The notes beneath the pieces were generated by a model, which did not search any database, was not told the origin of the DNA, and saw only the letters and a program-made list of their open reading frames with translations. A stretch of 64,000 nt of DNA from a virus (Duplodnaviria; Caudoviricetes). The stretch spans positions 39,349 to 103,348 of IMG/VR virus record IMGVR_UViG_3300044693_000261; one strand, written 5' to 3'. Shown here in pieces: positions 17,652-26,808 of this stretch. The translations under genes and the position numbers were made by a program. Within the stretch, counting starts at the first letter, position 1. Each line of letters begins with the position of its first letter.

Positions 17652-18473
17652 GTGTCCGTCAATCTGCTGTGGTTCGACGCCGAGACCGGCGGCTTGGACC
17701 TGGACAACGACAACGTGCTGGAGGTGGCGTGGACCGTCACCGACCACGACGGCAACCAGCTCACGCCGCTGCGCCAGCACCTCGTGCACCTCACGCCGCC
17801 CGGCAGCGACCGCCCCGACGTGCACCCGGCCAACGCGTTCGCCTGGGTCAACCGCGCGCCGGCGCTGGTGCAGGAGATGCACGAGCGGTCCGGCCTGGCC
17901 GCCCAGTACCGCGCCGCCTATCCGCACATGGTCACCACCGACGCGAGCCTGATCGAGGAGTCGATCCGCCTCGACCTCGAAGCCGCGACCCGTGCGCACG
18001 CCGCGCGCGGCGACACCCCGGTCAGCCGGAGCTACCTCGCCGGCGCGGGCGTCAGCCACTTCGATCACGAGCTGCTGGCCATCCACACGCCGCAGTTGGC
18101 CGGTCGCGGCGGCCTGCTGCACTACCGCGACATCGACGTGTCGGTGGCGCTGTGCACGCTGACCGGCGGCGACCACGAGGGCGGTTCGACCAGCCTCGAC
18201 GACGTCGTACTGGTCCGCACGCTGGACTACATCTACGCCCAGACCGAGGCGCTGTACGACAGCCAGCACGCCGCCGGCCTGATCGAGCGCGTCACGCACG
18301 TCACCAGCTCGATGGACATGCTGCCCAGCGCCGAGGAGTTCGAGGGCATCGAGAAGATCGTGCAGGCCGACGAGGCTCCGCACCGCGCCGGTCCGGACGT
18401 GATCCGCGCGCTGGTGCTGTTCCGACTGCTGCGCGGCCACCGACAAGCGATACAGACAGGCGGTGATCGGTGA
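17652..18473 (+). CDS. Oligoribonuclease (Orn)-like DEDDh 3'-5' exonuclease
   Basis: LLWFDAETGGL, VQEMHERSGL, HFD, LHYRDIDVS, HRAGPD. Confidence 0.85.
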   Translation: MSVNLLWFDAETGGLDLDNDNVLEVAWTVTDHDGNQLTPLRQHLVHLTPPGSDRPDVHPANAFAWVNRAPALVQEMHERSGLAAQYRAAYPHMVTTDASLIEESIRLDLEAATRAHAARGDTPVSRSYLAGAGVSHFDHELLAIHTPQLAGRGGLLHYRDIDVSVALCTLTGGDHEGGSTSLDDVVLVRTLDYIYAQTEALYDSQHAAGLIERVTHVTSSMDMLPSAEEFEGIEKIVQADEAPHRAGPDVIRALVLFRLLRGHRQAIQTGGDR

Positions 18474-19090
18474 TGGGTTTCGTCGTCACCACCCTATTCT
18501 GCGCGCTGGTCGCCATCGGGCTGTGGGTGTACGGCCGTCGCGCCCGACGCGACAACGAACACCTACGCGCCCAGCTGGCCAAGCTGATCGAGGCCAGACA
18601 TCCGGGCTTGGTCGTTCCGCCGGGCATGCAGTACGTGCCGATCACGCCAGCCGACCCGCCGCCGCCACCGGGAATGGATCCGGCGACGCGTCCTGTGGCC
18701 GCCTACCGCTCGCGCCGACAGCCCGAGGGTGTCTGGGTGGTCGCCGGCACGTGGTCGGAGCAGCCGGTCGAGGTCGTGCCGAGCGCGGCGGCGGCCGAGC
18801 TGCTGGCCTACTGGATGTCGTGCGACGAGGTGTGCGTGACCCACGAGGTGCGCTACCTGTCGCGTGGCGAGACCAACCCGATCGCGCCGCAGGTCAACCG
18901 GCGCGTCAAGGCGCTCGCCGCGTGGGCGGTGACGGCCACGGTAGCCGGCAGGCTGGAGGCATTGCCGCCAGGCAATCCGCTCGCGCCGCTGCCGCCCGAG
19001 GTGGTCGAGAAGTTCCGGCGGGACTTCGCCGACCTCCAGCACCGTCGGCAGCGGCTGGAAGCCGACATGCACCATCGGAACGAGCCATGA
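18473..19090 (+). CDS. Membrane-anchored hypothetical protein
   Basis: N-terminal TM segment; coupled start. Confidence 0.75.
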   Translation: MGFVVTTLFCALVAIGLWVYGRRARRDNEHLRAQLAKLIEARHPGLVVPPGMQYVPITPADPPPPPGMDPATRPVAAYRSRRQPEGVWVVAGTWSEQPVEVVPSAAAAELLAYWMSCDEVCVTHEVRYLSRGETNPIAPQVNRRVKALAAWAVTATVAGRLEALPPGNPLAPLPPEVVEKFRRDFADLQHRRQRLEADMHHRNEP

Positions 19091-19302
19091 GCACCCTTCC
19101 GCCGGTGGTGTGGCTGCTCTTGGCGGGCGTGGCCGCCGTGCTGATCCTGGCCGCTGTGGACGCCTACGAGCAGCGCAACGCCGAGCGGCACGAGGAGTTC
19201 CTGGCGACGCTGGCGCGCCTGCGTACGGCGACCACGGCGGGTAGGCACGCGCTGCCCGAGGATCCCCCGACCGAGACGATTCCGACCGTTGCCGTGTCGT
19301 AG
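19087..19302 (+). CDS. Small membrane protein
   Basis: ATGA overlap; N-terminal TM. Confidence 0.7.
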   Translation: MSTLPPVVWLLLAGVAAVLILAAVDAYEQRNAERHEEFLATLARLRTATTAGRHALPEDPPTETIPTVAVS

Positions 19303-19329
19303 GACACCGGCTATGCTTGGGTCGTTCCG
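19289..19329 (+). promoter_or_regulatory. Early-class promoter (TTGCCG-N17-TATGCT-N6-GTTCCG) with GTGTCGTAGGACAC
   Basis: Motif match; palindrome with one mismatch. Confidence 0.85.
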
Positions 19330-19442
19330 GCAATAACTACAGCTTCCGCCGGTGCCGGGGTGTTTCGGCGCTGCCTCCTCCCGATGAGGCAGCGCCTCGT
19401 GTCCCCCGACACCGGCGGTTCCCACGTTCAGGGAGGTCAACG

Positions 19443-19661
19443 ATGACGGGTGTGCTTTCCGGCTTCCGGGTCGGCCAAGAGTGGCGGTTCAATGGCCCCG
19501 GCGCGAGTCGGGACGTGGAGATCGGCAGCGTCGACGCCACGCACGCGCACGGCAAGGTGATTCGCATCGACCGCCAGCGGCTGCCCGTCGACCGCCAGCA
19601 CGACACCTCGGTCGCGATCGTCGCGCTGGCCACCAACTGGCATCTGATCAAGGACGCGTAG
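19443..19661 (+). CDS. Small beta-rich hypothetical protein
   Basis: GGGAGG RBS after a structured leader. Confidence 0.75.
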   Translation: MTGVLSGFRVGQEWRFNGPGASRDVEIGSVDATHAHGKVIRIDRQRLPVDRQHDTSVAIVALATNWHLIKDA

Positions 19662-19663
19662 CC

Positions 19664-19918
19664 GTGGACCAGCGCAAGGCCCGCAAACTCGTCGCTGAGA
19701 CGGTGGCCGCCTTCGCCCGCGAGCGGGCCACCGCGTTCGCCGGCAACACGGGCGCGACCAACGCCCTGGAGTACTCCGCCGACGACCGCGACCGGCTCTA
19801 CCGCGCCTTCGACGCGCTCGCGTCCGAACTGGCCCGGCGCGCCGGCTTGCCGCACCTTCCCGCACCGATCGACCCCGATCAGATCTCCCTATTCGACGAA
19901 AGCGAGGCCACTCCGTGA
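19664..19918 (+). CDS. Hypothetical protein
   Basis: AAGGA RBS, GTG. Confidence 0.75.
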   Translation: MDQRKARKLVAETVAAFARERATAFAGNTGATNALEYSADDRDRLYRAFDALASELARRAGLPHLPAPIDPDQISLFDESEATP

Positions 19919-20082
19919 AGCGCGCCACCGACTGGTTCTTGATCATCGCTGCACTGGCACTGTTCCTCGGCGGCGTGGCCAGTCTGTTCCTGTGGGACTG
20001 GCGCTACATCGCCGGCGGCGTAATCGGCGCGGTCTGCTCCGCCATCGCCAAGGCTGCCGTGGAAGGCCCGGATCGTCGATGA
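19915..20082 (+). CDS. Small 2-TM protein (MKRATDWFLIIAALALFL...)
   Basis: GTGA/ATGA coupling on both sides; not in track. Confidence 0.7.
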   Translation: MKRATDWFLIIAALALFLGGVASLFLWDWRYIAGGVIGAVCSAIAKAAVEGPDRR

Positions 20083-20264
20083 TCTGGGGCTGGCTGGCGG
20101 TGATCGCCGCGACCACCAATCTGGTCACGACGGCCGTCATTGACCGTCGGCGGCACAACGTCGCGAACTGGTGGATCCTGACCAGCGTCGGCCTGCTCAG
20201 TGGCAGCCTGGTCCTGTTCGCGCTCGCATGGATGGCAGTCATCGGCGGCCGGGGCGCGTCGTGA
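20079..20264 (+). CDS. Small 2-TM protein
   Basis: Coupled start; hydrophobic. Confidence 0.7.
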   Translation: MIWGWLAVIAATTNLVTTAVIDRRRHNVANWWILTSVGLLSGSLVLFALAWMAVIGGRGAS

Positions 20265-21160
20265 CCGAAGTGTCGGGCCCGGACCGTACGGTCGTCCACA
20301 TGAGACCGTTGCCGTCGGGCGAGGTGTGGTCGCCCTCGCGGGCCCGCAAGTACCAGCAGTGCCCCCGAGCGTGGTGGTTGAGCTACCGCAGCGGGATCGA
20401 GGGCACGCCGCCGCCGGTGCATTGGCGGCGGGGCAGCGTCGCGCACGCCGCGCTGGAGGCGGTCTACGACACGGTCGCCCAGCTGGAGCGGCTGCCCTGG
20501 CCGGGCGTCACCTGCGAGGTGTTCTACCCGATCGCCGAGCACGCCCTGCACGTCGCCTGGCGCGAGCACGAGATGCCCGACGACAACGCCATGCGCGACA
20601 CCCTGCTGGAGCAGCTGCGGATCGTGCTGGCCGACCAGTTGATGCCGCATCCCAGCTCGATCCTCGGCGTCGAGCTGGAGCTGTCCGGCGTGATCGAGCA
20701 CCCCGCCGGCTCGGTGCCGGTCCGAGGGCTGGTCGACGTGGCGTTGCGGTTGGCCGAGGACTGGCTGCACGTGCGCGACTGGAAGACCTACAGCACCATC
20801 CCGTCCAAGGAGGAGCTGCGCGGCGACCTCCAGCTGGGCACCTATGCGCTGCTGGCGGCCCGGCGGTTCCCGTGGGCTCGGCGGGTGTCGGCCAGCATCT
20901 ACAGCGTGCCCAAGGCGTTTGAGCGCGATGTGACGTTCACGCCGTACGACCTGGACGTGATCGCCGAGCGCCTGGCCGACATCGCGCACACGGCGAACGC
21001 GGACGAGGAGTGTGTGCCGCAGCCGTCCGAGTGGTGCGACACCTGCTCACACAAGGAGCACTGCCCGATCTTCGCTCCGGACGTGCCCATCGGACCCGCG
21101 ACGGACACGAAGCTGATCACTAACATGCGCGCCGCCGTCTACGACCTGGAGGGTTTTTGA
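20261..21160 (+). CDS. RecB/Cas4-like PD-(D/E)XK exonuclease with Fe-S cysteines
   Basis: SPS...CPR, GSVAH, GLVD, DWKT, QLGTY, CDTC...C. Confidence 0.9.
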   Translation: MTEVSGPDRTVVHMRPLPSGEVWSPSRARKYQQCPRAWWLSYRSGIEGTPPPVHWRRGSVAHAALEAVYDTVAQLERLPWPGVTCEVFYPIAEHALHVAWREHEMPDDNAMRDTLLEQLRIVLADQLMPHPSSILGVELELSGVIEHPAGSVPVRGLVDVALRLAEDWLHVRDWKTYSTIPSKEELRGDLQLGTYALLAARRFPWARRVSASIYSVPKAFERDVTFTPYDLDVIAERLADIAHTANADEECVPQPSEWCDTCSHKEHCPIFAPDVPIGPATDTKLITNMRAAVYDLEGF

Positions 21161-21354
21161 TCATGTGCACACGATGCGAGAGTGCCGAGGCGTCCGGTAC
21201 GGAGGTGTCCGAGGCGGCCTGTATGGACGTCGTGTCGGACTGCCCCGAGTGCAAGTCGGTGAACTCGGTGAGCATTGGTCCGGTGTCGCCGAATCCGGAG
21301 TCGGGCGACGTCGCTGACTGCGACGTCTGCGGCTGGCAGTCGGAGACATTCTAG
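21157..21354 (+). CDS. Zn-ribbon protein
   Basis: CTRC, CPEC, CDVC. Confidence 0.6.
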   Translation: MIMCTRCESAEASGTEVSEAACMDVVSDCPECKSVNSVSIGPVSPNPESGDVADCDVCGWQSETF

Positions 21355-21392
21355 TCCATAAAGGACTACGCAGAGTGCGTGTAGACGACACG

Positions 21393-21434
21393 CGGAAACG
21401 CCCCTAGCATACCCGGCAGACGACGACCGGTAAG
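21393..21434 (-). promoter_or_regulatory. Antisense variant of the early promoter (GGG-TATGCT-N6-GTTTCCG)
   Basis: Reverse-strand motif in the gap before the helicase. Confidence 0.5.
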
Positions 21435-21449
21435 ACCTGGAGGACCACA

Positions 21450-23324
21450 GTGGACAATCGGCTTTCCATAGCCACACTGCACACCCTCGTTCGAGGCAGG
21501 GTTCAGCGGATCTGGGGGCCGCCCGGCTGCGGCAAGACGACCACCCTGGCCAACCGCACGCTCGCGACGGTCCGTGAACGCGGCCCCGAGTCGACCATGA
21601 TTGTCAGTTTCACCACCACGGCGGCCGCCGCCATCGCCGACGCCGTCAATGAGGCGGCGCTGCGCTCGGGCACCGGTATCGCCATCCCCGACCGCAACAT
21701 CGGCACCCTGCACAGTCTCGGCTTCCGCGCGATCGGCACACCGGACGTCGCCCTGGACCCGAAGAAGATCACCGGATGGAACGACACCTGCCCGGCCGAC
21801 TGGCGCATTCGACCGGACGGTCGGCGGTCCACACCGGACATGGCCGCCGAGACCGGCATGCTCGGCGGGGCCGAGGCGCTGGAGGAGGTGCGCAGCGGCG
21901 ATGCGCTGCTCGGCCAGATGGAGCTGCTGCGGGCCACGCTCACGCCCGAGGAGGACTGGCCGCAGCGGGTGCGCTCCTTCGCCACCCGCTGGGACGAGTG
22001 GAAGCGGGACAACGGCCTGGCCGACTTCGGCGACATGATCCTGGGCGCGCTCGACCGGGCGCTGGACGGCGAGCCCGCGCCAGGGCGGCCCGAGGTGTTC
22101 ATCGTCGACGAGGCGCAGGACTTGACCCCGGCCGAGCTGGCGCTGGCGTTCCTGTGGGGCGGCGCGGCCGGCGTCACCGTGCTCGCCTTCGACGACGACC
22201 AGAGCATCAACGCCTGGCGCGGCGCGGACGCCTCGCCGCTGCTGCGGCTGGGTACCGACGAGAACGGCCAGCCTCGTGGCGACGTCGAGATCGTCGACCG
22301 GGTGCTGGAGCAGTCCTACCGCATCCCCTCCAGCGTGCACAGCGTTGCCGAGCGCTGGGTGCACCGCATCCCGCCCAACGCCCGACACGAGAAGGTCTAC
22401 AACCCGCGCGCCGAGGTCGGACACTGCTACACCGCTGGCCTGACGCTGAACGACCCTCGGCTGATCAGCCACATCCGCGAGGACGTCGAAGCCGGCCGCA
22501 GCGTCATGGTCATCGCGTCCTGCGGCTACATGCTGACCCCGGTGCTCACCGGACTGCGTCAGCAGGGCATCCCGTTCGCCAACCGGTACCGGCCCGCCGA
22601 GCCGCGCTGGAATCCGCTGCGCCGCCCGGCCAAGGGCCTGGGCCTGGCCGAGCGGGTCTACCGCTACCTGGTCGTCGACCAGTCGCTACCCGAGCGGACG
22701 TTGTACGACCGGCACGGCGAGCCCGCCGGCACCGAGCAGCGCTGGCGGTACTGGACCGGCGACGACATCCGGGCATGGTTGCCGCTGGTGCGCACCTTCG
22801 GCGAGGGCCGAGTGCGCATCCTGGCCAACGGGGCCAAGAGCAGGGCCGAGACGCTGCCCGACGGTCCGGTGCCGTGGCCGCTGATCGCCGACTTGTTCAC
22901 CGACGTCACCGCGCTGGAATGGGCCGTGGCCCCCGACATCGAGTTCCTGGCGGCCAACGCGATCAACGCCGAGACCCGCAAGAAGCTGGAATACCCGGCG
23001 CAGGTGGTGCGCACCTTCGGCGCGGCCGCGCTCGACGAGGAGCCGCTGGTCACGATCGGCACCATCCACAGCGTCAAGGGCGGCGGCGCGGACGTCGTCT
23101 ACCTCGCGCCCGACCTGTCCACCGCCGGCGCGACCCAGTGGTACTCGACCGATGAGGGCGAGCGCGACCAGATCATCCGTCTGTTCTACGTCGGCCTGAC
23201 TCGGGCTAAGCAGCGCGTCGTGGTGCTCAACGCCTGCGGCCAGCACACGGTGCCGCGCCGCATGCTGGTGCCGGTAGAGCTGGAGGTCCGCGACCTGCCG
23301 GAGGTCGCCAGTGTCAGCGCCTGA
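21450..23324 (+). CDS. UvrD/Rep-like superfamily 1 helicase
   Basis: GPPGCGKTT, VDEAQD, DDDQSI, LEQSYR, TIHSVKG, FYVGLTRAK. Confidence 0.93.
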   Translation: MDNRLSIATLHTLVRGRVQRIWGPPGCGKTTTLANRTLATVRERGPESTMIVSFTTTAAAAIADAVNEAALRSGTGIAIPDRNIGTLHSLGFRAIGTPDVALDPKKITGWNDTCPADWRIRPDGRRSTPDMAAETGMLGGAEALEEVRSGDALLGQMELLRATLTPEEDWPQRVRSFATRWDEWKRDNGLADFGDMILGALDRALDGEPAPGRPEVFIVDEAQDLTPAELALAFLWGGAAGVTVLAFDDDQSINAWRGADASPLLRLGTDENGQPRGDVEIVDRVLEQSYRIPSSVHSVAERWVHRIPPNARHEKVYNPRAEVGHCYTAGLTLNDPRLISHIREDVEAGRSVMVIASCGYMLTPVLTGLRQQGIPFANRYRPAEPRWNPLRRPAKGLGLAERVYRYLVVDQSLPERTLYDRHGEPAGTEQRWRYWTGDDIRAWLPLVRTFGEGRVRILANGAKSRAETLPDGPVPWPLIADLFTDVTALEWAVAPDIEFLAANAINAETRKKLEYPAQVVRTFGAAALDEEPLVTIGTIHSVKGGGADVVYLAPDLSTAGATQWYSTDEGERDQIIRLFYVGLTRAKQRVVVLNACGQHTVPRRMLVPVELEVRDLPEVASVSA

Positions 23325-23826
23325 TGACCATGTCCGATGGGACGAGGACACCACGCTGCCCGTGGTGCGGGACGTCAGTCTGCCCGATGACGTGGCGCTG
23401 GTGATGCCGCGCGGCGTCACCGTCGGCGTCGAGGACGAGACGCCCGCTGTGGTGCGGCCACGCGCTACGCGGCAACGCGGCACCGGGACCGCGCGTCACC
23501 GTAGCGAGGCGGACATCCAGGCCGCCTACGTGGCGCGGCTGAAGCACCTGGACGGCTACGTGATCGTGACCACGGGGTCGCGGTATCTGCCGACCGGCAC
23601 ACCGGACACCCTGGGTTGCTACCGGGGGCGCATGGTCGTTGTGGAGATCAAGCGGCCGGGCGAACGCCCGACCGGAGCGCAGTTGGGTCAACTGCGACGC
23701 TGGCAGCTGGCCGGCGCGCTGGTGGCGTGGATCGATAACGAGAGACAGCTCGACGACGTGCTGTCGCACGTGAACGACCTGGAGTGGGTTAACGACCTAT
23801 CCAGACCAGGTGATGGGAGAAGCTAG
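23311..23826 (+). CDS. VRR-NUC domain nuclease (resolvase-like)
   Basis: SEADIQ...GTPD...VEIKRPG...T..Q. Confidence 0.85.
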   Translation: MSAPDDHVRWDEDTTLPVVRDVSLPDDVALVMPRGVTVGVEDETPAVVRPRATRQRGTGTARHRSEADIQAAYVARLKHLDGYVIVTTGSRYLPTGTPDTLGCYRGRMVVVEIKRPGERPTGAQLGQLRRWQLAGALVAWIDNERQLDDVLSHVNDLEWVNDLSRPGDGRS

Positions 23827-24098
23827 TGACCGCCATGGGTGCGGGCGCGACGCCCCCGGAGGTGACCGTCTTGTCGGTCGCGCCGGGGGCGTCGACGTCT
23901 CTGGAGCGTAGCGAGAAGCGACTGATTGACAGCGCTCTGCGATTGGGCGAGTTCGTGGAGGTCACGCCGCCGGTGCTGCGTCTGATCACCAAGCTGAACA
24001 AGCTGACCAAGGGTCGACTCGGCGGCCGCATGCTCGCCCTGCTGGACGCCGTGCACGACGTGCGGTTCTGGCGCGCCAGGCAGGGCGAGAACAGCTAG
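23826..24098 (+). CDS. Hypothetical protein (last gene of the + arm)
   Basis: Converges on holin with overlapping stops. Confidence 0.6.
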   Translation: MTAMGAGATPPEVTVLSVAPGASTSLERSEKRLIDSALRLGEFVEVTPPVLRLITKLNKLTKGRLGGRMLALLDAVHDVRFWRARQGENS

Positions 24099-24439
24099 GC
24101 GACGATGCTGTTGCGGCCCCCGCCGATGAATCCGCCGGCGCGGTTCACGCGGGGGCCGATCCCGGTGGTCTTCCAGACGCCGAGGTACGCGCCGATGCCG
24201 AACACGAACGCGGTCACGCTGGTCAGCAGTGCGCCGATCACGTCGAATGGGGTGTCGTTCTGGAGCGCGCCGAGCCAGGTGGACAGGAAGCCCGACAGCG
24301 CCGAGAGCACGAGCAGGACGACCGATCTGACGGCGTCGCTGGCGTTCCACCGCGTGACCAGCCCGGACAGCAGTGGCAGCACGGTGCCGATCAGCATGCC
24401 CAGCACCTGGGCGAGGTCGAGGTGAAGCAGGTAAACCAT
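24095..24439 (-). CDS. Holin
   Basis: Multi-TM protein immediately downstream of endolysin; GAGGAG RBS. Confidence 0.8.
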   Translation of the reverse strand: MVYLLHLDLAQVLGMLIGTVLPLLSGLVTRWNASDAVRSVVLLVLSALSGFLSTWLGALQNDTPFDVIGALLTSVTAFVFGIGAYLGVWKTTGIGPRVNRAGGFIGGGRNSIVA

Positions 24440-24455
24440 GATCGTCTCCTCGCGG

Positions 24456-25424
24456 TCAGGCGTTGGCCTTGGGGGTCATCGTGCCGGTCACGCCGTTCAG
24501 CGTGATGTCGTACTCGGCCGCGCCGCCGCCCCCGCCGACACCGCCGGCGAGCAGGGTGGCCAGGTTGGCCAGGTTGTTCTGACCCTGCTCCCAGCGGTTG
24601 TGCTTGGCTTCCAGGTTGGCGATGTCGTCCGTGGTCAGGTTCCACAGGACCGGGATGCCCCGGAAGACCGTCGTACCGGGCTGGACCTGCTCGCGTAGGT
24701 CCTGGATCTCGCCAGTTCCGTGGACGCCACGAAGCCAGCCCGACTCGTTGGGAAATGCGAACATGTCCGGCCCCTCTGGTATCTGTGCTAGCGGCGCGGG
24801 TGCGCCGATGGTGAGCTGGCCGAGGGTGAACCCACCGACCGTGACGCTGCGGTCCAGCGCGTAGGGCTGGCTGGCGTCGGTGTACTGGTGCGCGGCCAGC
24901 CGGGGGTGCGTCCAGCCGACGTTGCCGGCGGTGACGCCGTAGCGCGCCGCGCACAGGTAGACGTCGCCGTCCGCCCACTGATCGGGCTGAAGAAAGCCGG
25001 TCAGCCACCAGTTCTGCGACGCGTAGACGCACAGCTTGTTCTGCCCGGTGGCCTGCCGCAGCAGGTCGCGGAACGCGCGGATGTAGGTGTTGGCCTGCTC
25101 GGCGGTCCAGCTGAACACGCCGGGCTCGTTCTCCATGTCCAGCATCGGCAGCATCGCACCGCTGGAGAACGCGCCCTGCGGCCTGGCGACGTCGACGAAG
25201 TGCTGCACCTGCGCCGCCGGCGAGTAGCGCGGGTCAGCGAAGTGGTAGGCCCCCACGACCAGGCCGGCGGCCCGCGCGCCCTGCACCTGCTGAACGAATC
25301 GGCCGTTGACGTAGCCGGTCGCCTCGGTCGCCTTCGACCAGGCCCACCCCGTGCCGGCACCGCGCACCGCGCCCCAGTCCAGGACGTTGTTGTAGCCGCT
25401 GACGTCCACGCCTGCGTCGCCCAC
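24456..25424 (-). CDS. Endolysin, GH25 muramidase
   Basis: GVDVSGYN, KATE, GAYHF, LDME, QYTD. Confidence 0.92.
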   Translation of the reverse strand: MGDAGVDVSGYNNVLDWGAVRGAGTGWAWSKATEATGYVNGRFVQQVQGARAAGLVVGAYHFADPRYSPAAQVQHFVDVARPQGAFSSGAMLPMLDMENEPGVFSWTAEQANTYIRAFRDLLRQATGQNKLCVYASQNWWLTGFLQPDQWADGDVYLCAARYGVTAGNVGWTHPRLAAHQYTDASQPYALDRSVTVGGFTLGQLTIGAPAPLAQIPEGPDMFAFPNESGWLRGVHGTGEIQDLREQVQPGTTVFRGIPVLWNLTTDDIANLEAKHNRWEQGQNNLANLATLLAGGVGGGGGAAEYDITLNGVTGTMTPKANA

Positions 25425-25499
25425 GTGATCCCTCCGGGTGTCGATCCGTGCGCACCCATGCTCACCCGAAGGGGTGCCGATCCTGCGGCGACGCGCCGG

Positions 25500-26390
25500 T
25501 CAGCGTGTCTTGTGCGCGGCTGGTCCGAACAGGCCGCTGGCCGTCGTCGACGTCGGGGTTGGGGTCACGCAGCGGTAGTTGGGCGCGGTGTCCGCGCCGC
25601 CGTCGCGCGTGCAGTTCTGCACCGAGCCGTCCGATAGCGTCATGGTGAAGCCGCCCAGCGGCGGCCCGCAGAACGGTCCGACGGTGCGGGTCGTGCCGTC
25701 GGTCAGCTTCACGTCGACATAGCAGCGGTCGCTGGAGGTCACCACGTCGGCGACGCCGACGCCGTTCTGGCCGTTGGTCCCCTTCTGACCATTGGGTCCG
25801 GTGGGTCCTACCGGTCCGGAGGGGCCGGTCTCGCCTGTTGGTCCACTGGGGCCGGTGGGGCCCGGTGATCCGTCCATGCCGCAGAACGGGCCGAATCGGT
25901 TGACGACGTTGTTGGTCAGTCCGATCTCGATGTTGCAGCGGTCGAGTTGGCGGGCGTAGGCGATGCCGACGCCGTTCTGACCATTGCTGCCGTTCTGACC
26001 GGGCAGCCCCTGCGCGCCGGTGATGACCGAGGGGCTGGTGACGGCCGGTTCGCCGCGCTGCACACGGGTGCACGCCTCGGCAGCCGAGGGGTCGACGGCG
26101 ATCTGACCGCCGGCCAGCTGGCACACTTGGCGAATCAGCGCGTCCTGCTGGCTGATGACGCTGCTCTGGTCGGAGAGTGCCGCGACGTTGGTGCTGTTAC
26201 TGGCCAGTAGGTAAGCCAGCGTCACCACGATGATGGCGAGCGCGGCGGCGACGACGGCCCCCCACAGCCGCATGCCACGTCGACCCTTGGCCACCACCTG
26301 TGGCTGCGGTTTCGGTTCGGCGGCTGGCGTACTGTCCGGCGGCGGAGGCGTTGGCCGTAACCCTTGACCGTCGCGTACGCGGGGGCTCAC
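25500..26390 (-). CDS. Membrane-anchored collagen-like protein (lysis region)
   Basis: One TM, Gly-X-Y runs, three Cys-paired GPFCG-type modules. Confidence 0.8.
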   Translation of the reverse strand: MSPRVRDGQGLRPTPPPPDSTPAAEPKPQPQVVAKGRRGMRLWGAVVAAALAIIVVTLAYLLASNSTNVAALSDQSSVISQQDALIRQVCQLAGGQIAVDPSAAEACTRVQRGEPAVTSPSVITGAQGLPGQNGSNGQNGVGIAYARQLDRCNIEIGLTNNVVNRFGPFCGMDGSPGPTGPSGPTGETGPSGPVGPTGPNGQKGTNGQNGVGVADVVTSSDRCYVDVKLTDGTTRTVGPFCGPPLGGFTMTLSDGSVQNCTRDGGADTAPNYRCVTPTPTSTTASGLFGPAAHKTR

Positions 26391-26797
26391 ACCAGCCCCC
26401 CGTGATCGGATGTGTCCTTGTCCATGGGCTTGTCCTTGGTGCGCCGGGTGGTCCGGCGGGGTGGGGGTTCCTCGTCGTCGACGAGGCGTTGCAGCTGCGG
26501 TGTCAGCGGTGGCACCGGTTGCCCTGCCTGGCGTAACAGGTACTCAAGATCAGCACAACGGCCCTGCCACAGGCTCGCCTCGTTCTGGGCTCGAATCAGG
26601 GCGCGGCGGACGCGGCTGGCGTCCTCGGTGGCCTCGATCACGCGTTCGCGCGCCAGGCCGCGCTCGGTCTGGCGGTAGTTCACGGCGAACCGGTACACGC
26701 CGATGATCACGGTCAGCAGGCCGCCGCCCAGGATGAATCCGAGGATTCCGGACGATGTCGACAGGTCCGCGCCGTCGGTGGCCGCGAGCAGCAGCAC
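26387..26797 (-). CDS. Single-TM coiled-coil protein (lysis region)
   Basis: GGGAGG RBS, GTG; GILGFILGGGLL TM. Confidence 0.75.
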   Translation of the reverse strand: MLLLAATDGADLSTSSGILGFILGGGLLTVIIGVYRFAVNYRQTERGLARERVIEATEDASRVRRALIRAQNEASLWQGRCADLEYLLRQAGQPVPPLTPQLQRLVDDEEPPPRRTTRRTKDKPMDKDTSDHGGLV

Positions 26798-26808
26798 CGC
26801 CCACCTCC

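Noticed and set aside
20261-21160. Cas4-like nuclease as part of a CRISPR system
   Set aside because: No cas genes or repeat-spacer array seen; stand-alone RecB/Cas4-like nucleases are common beside phage helicases
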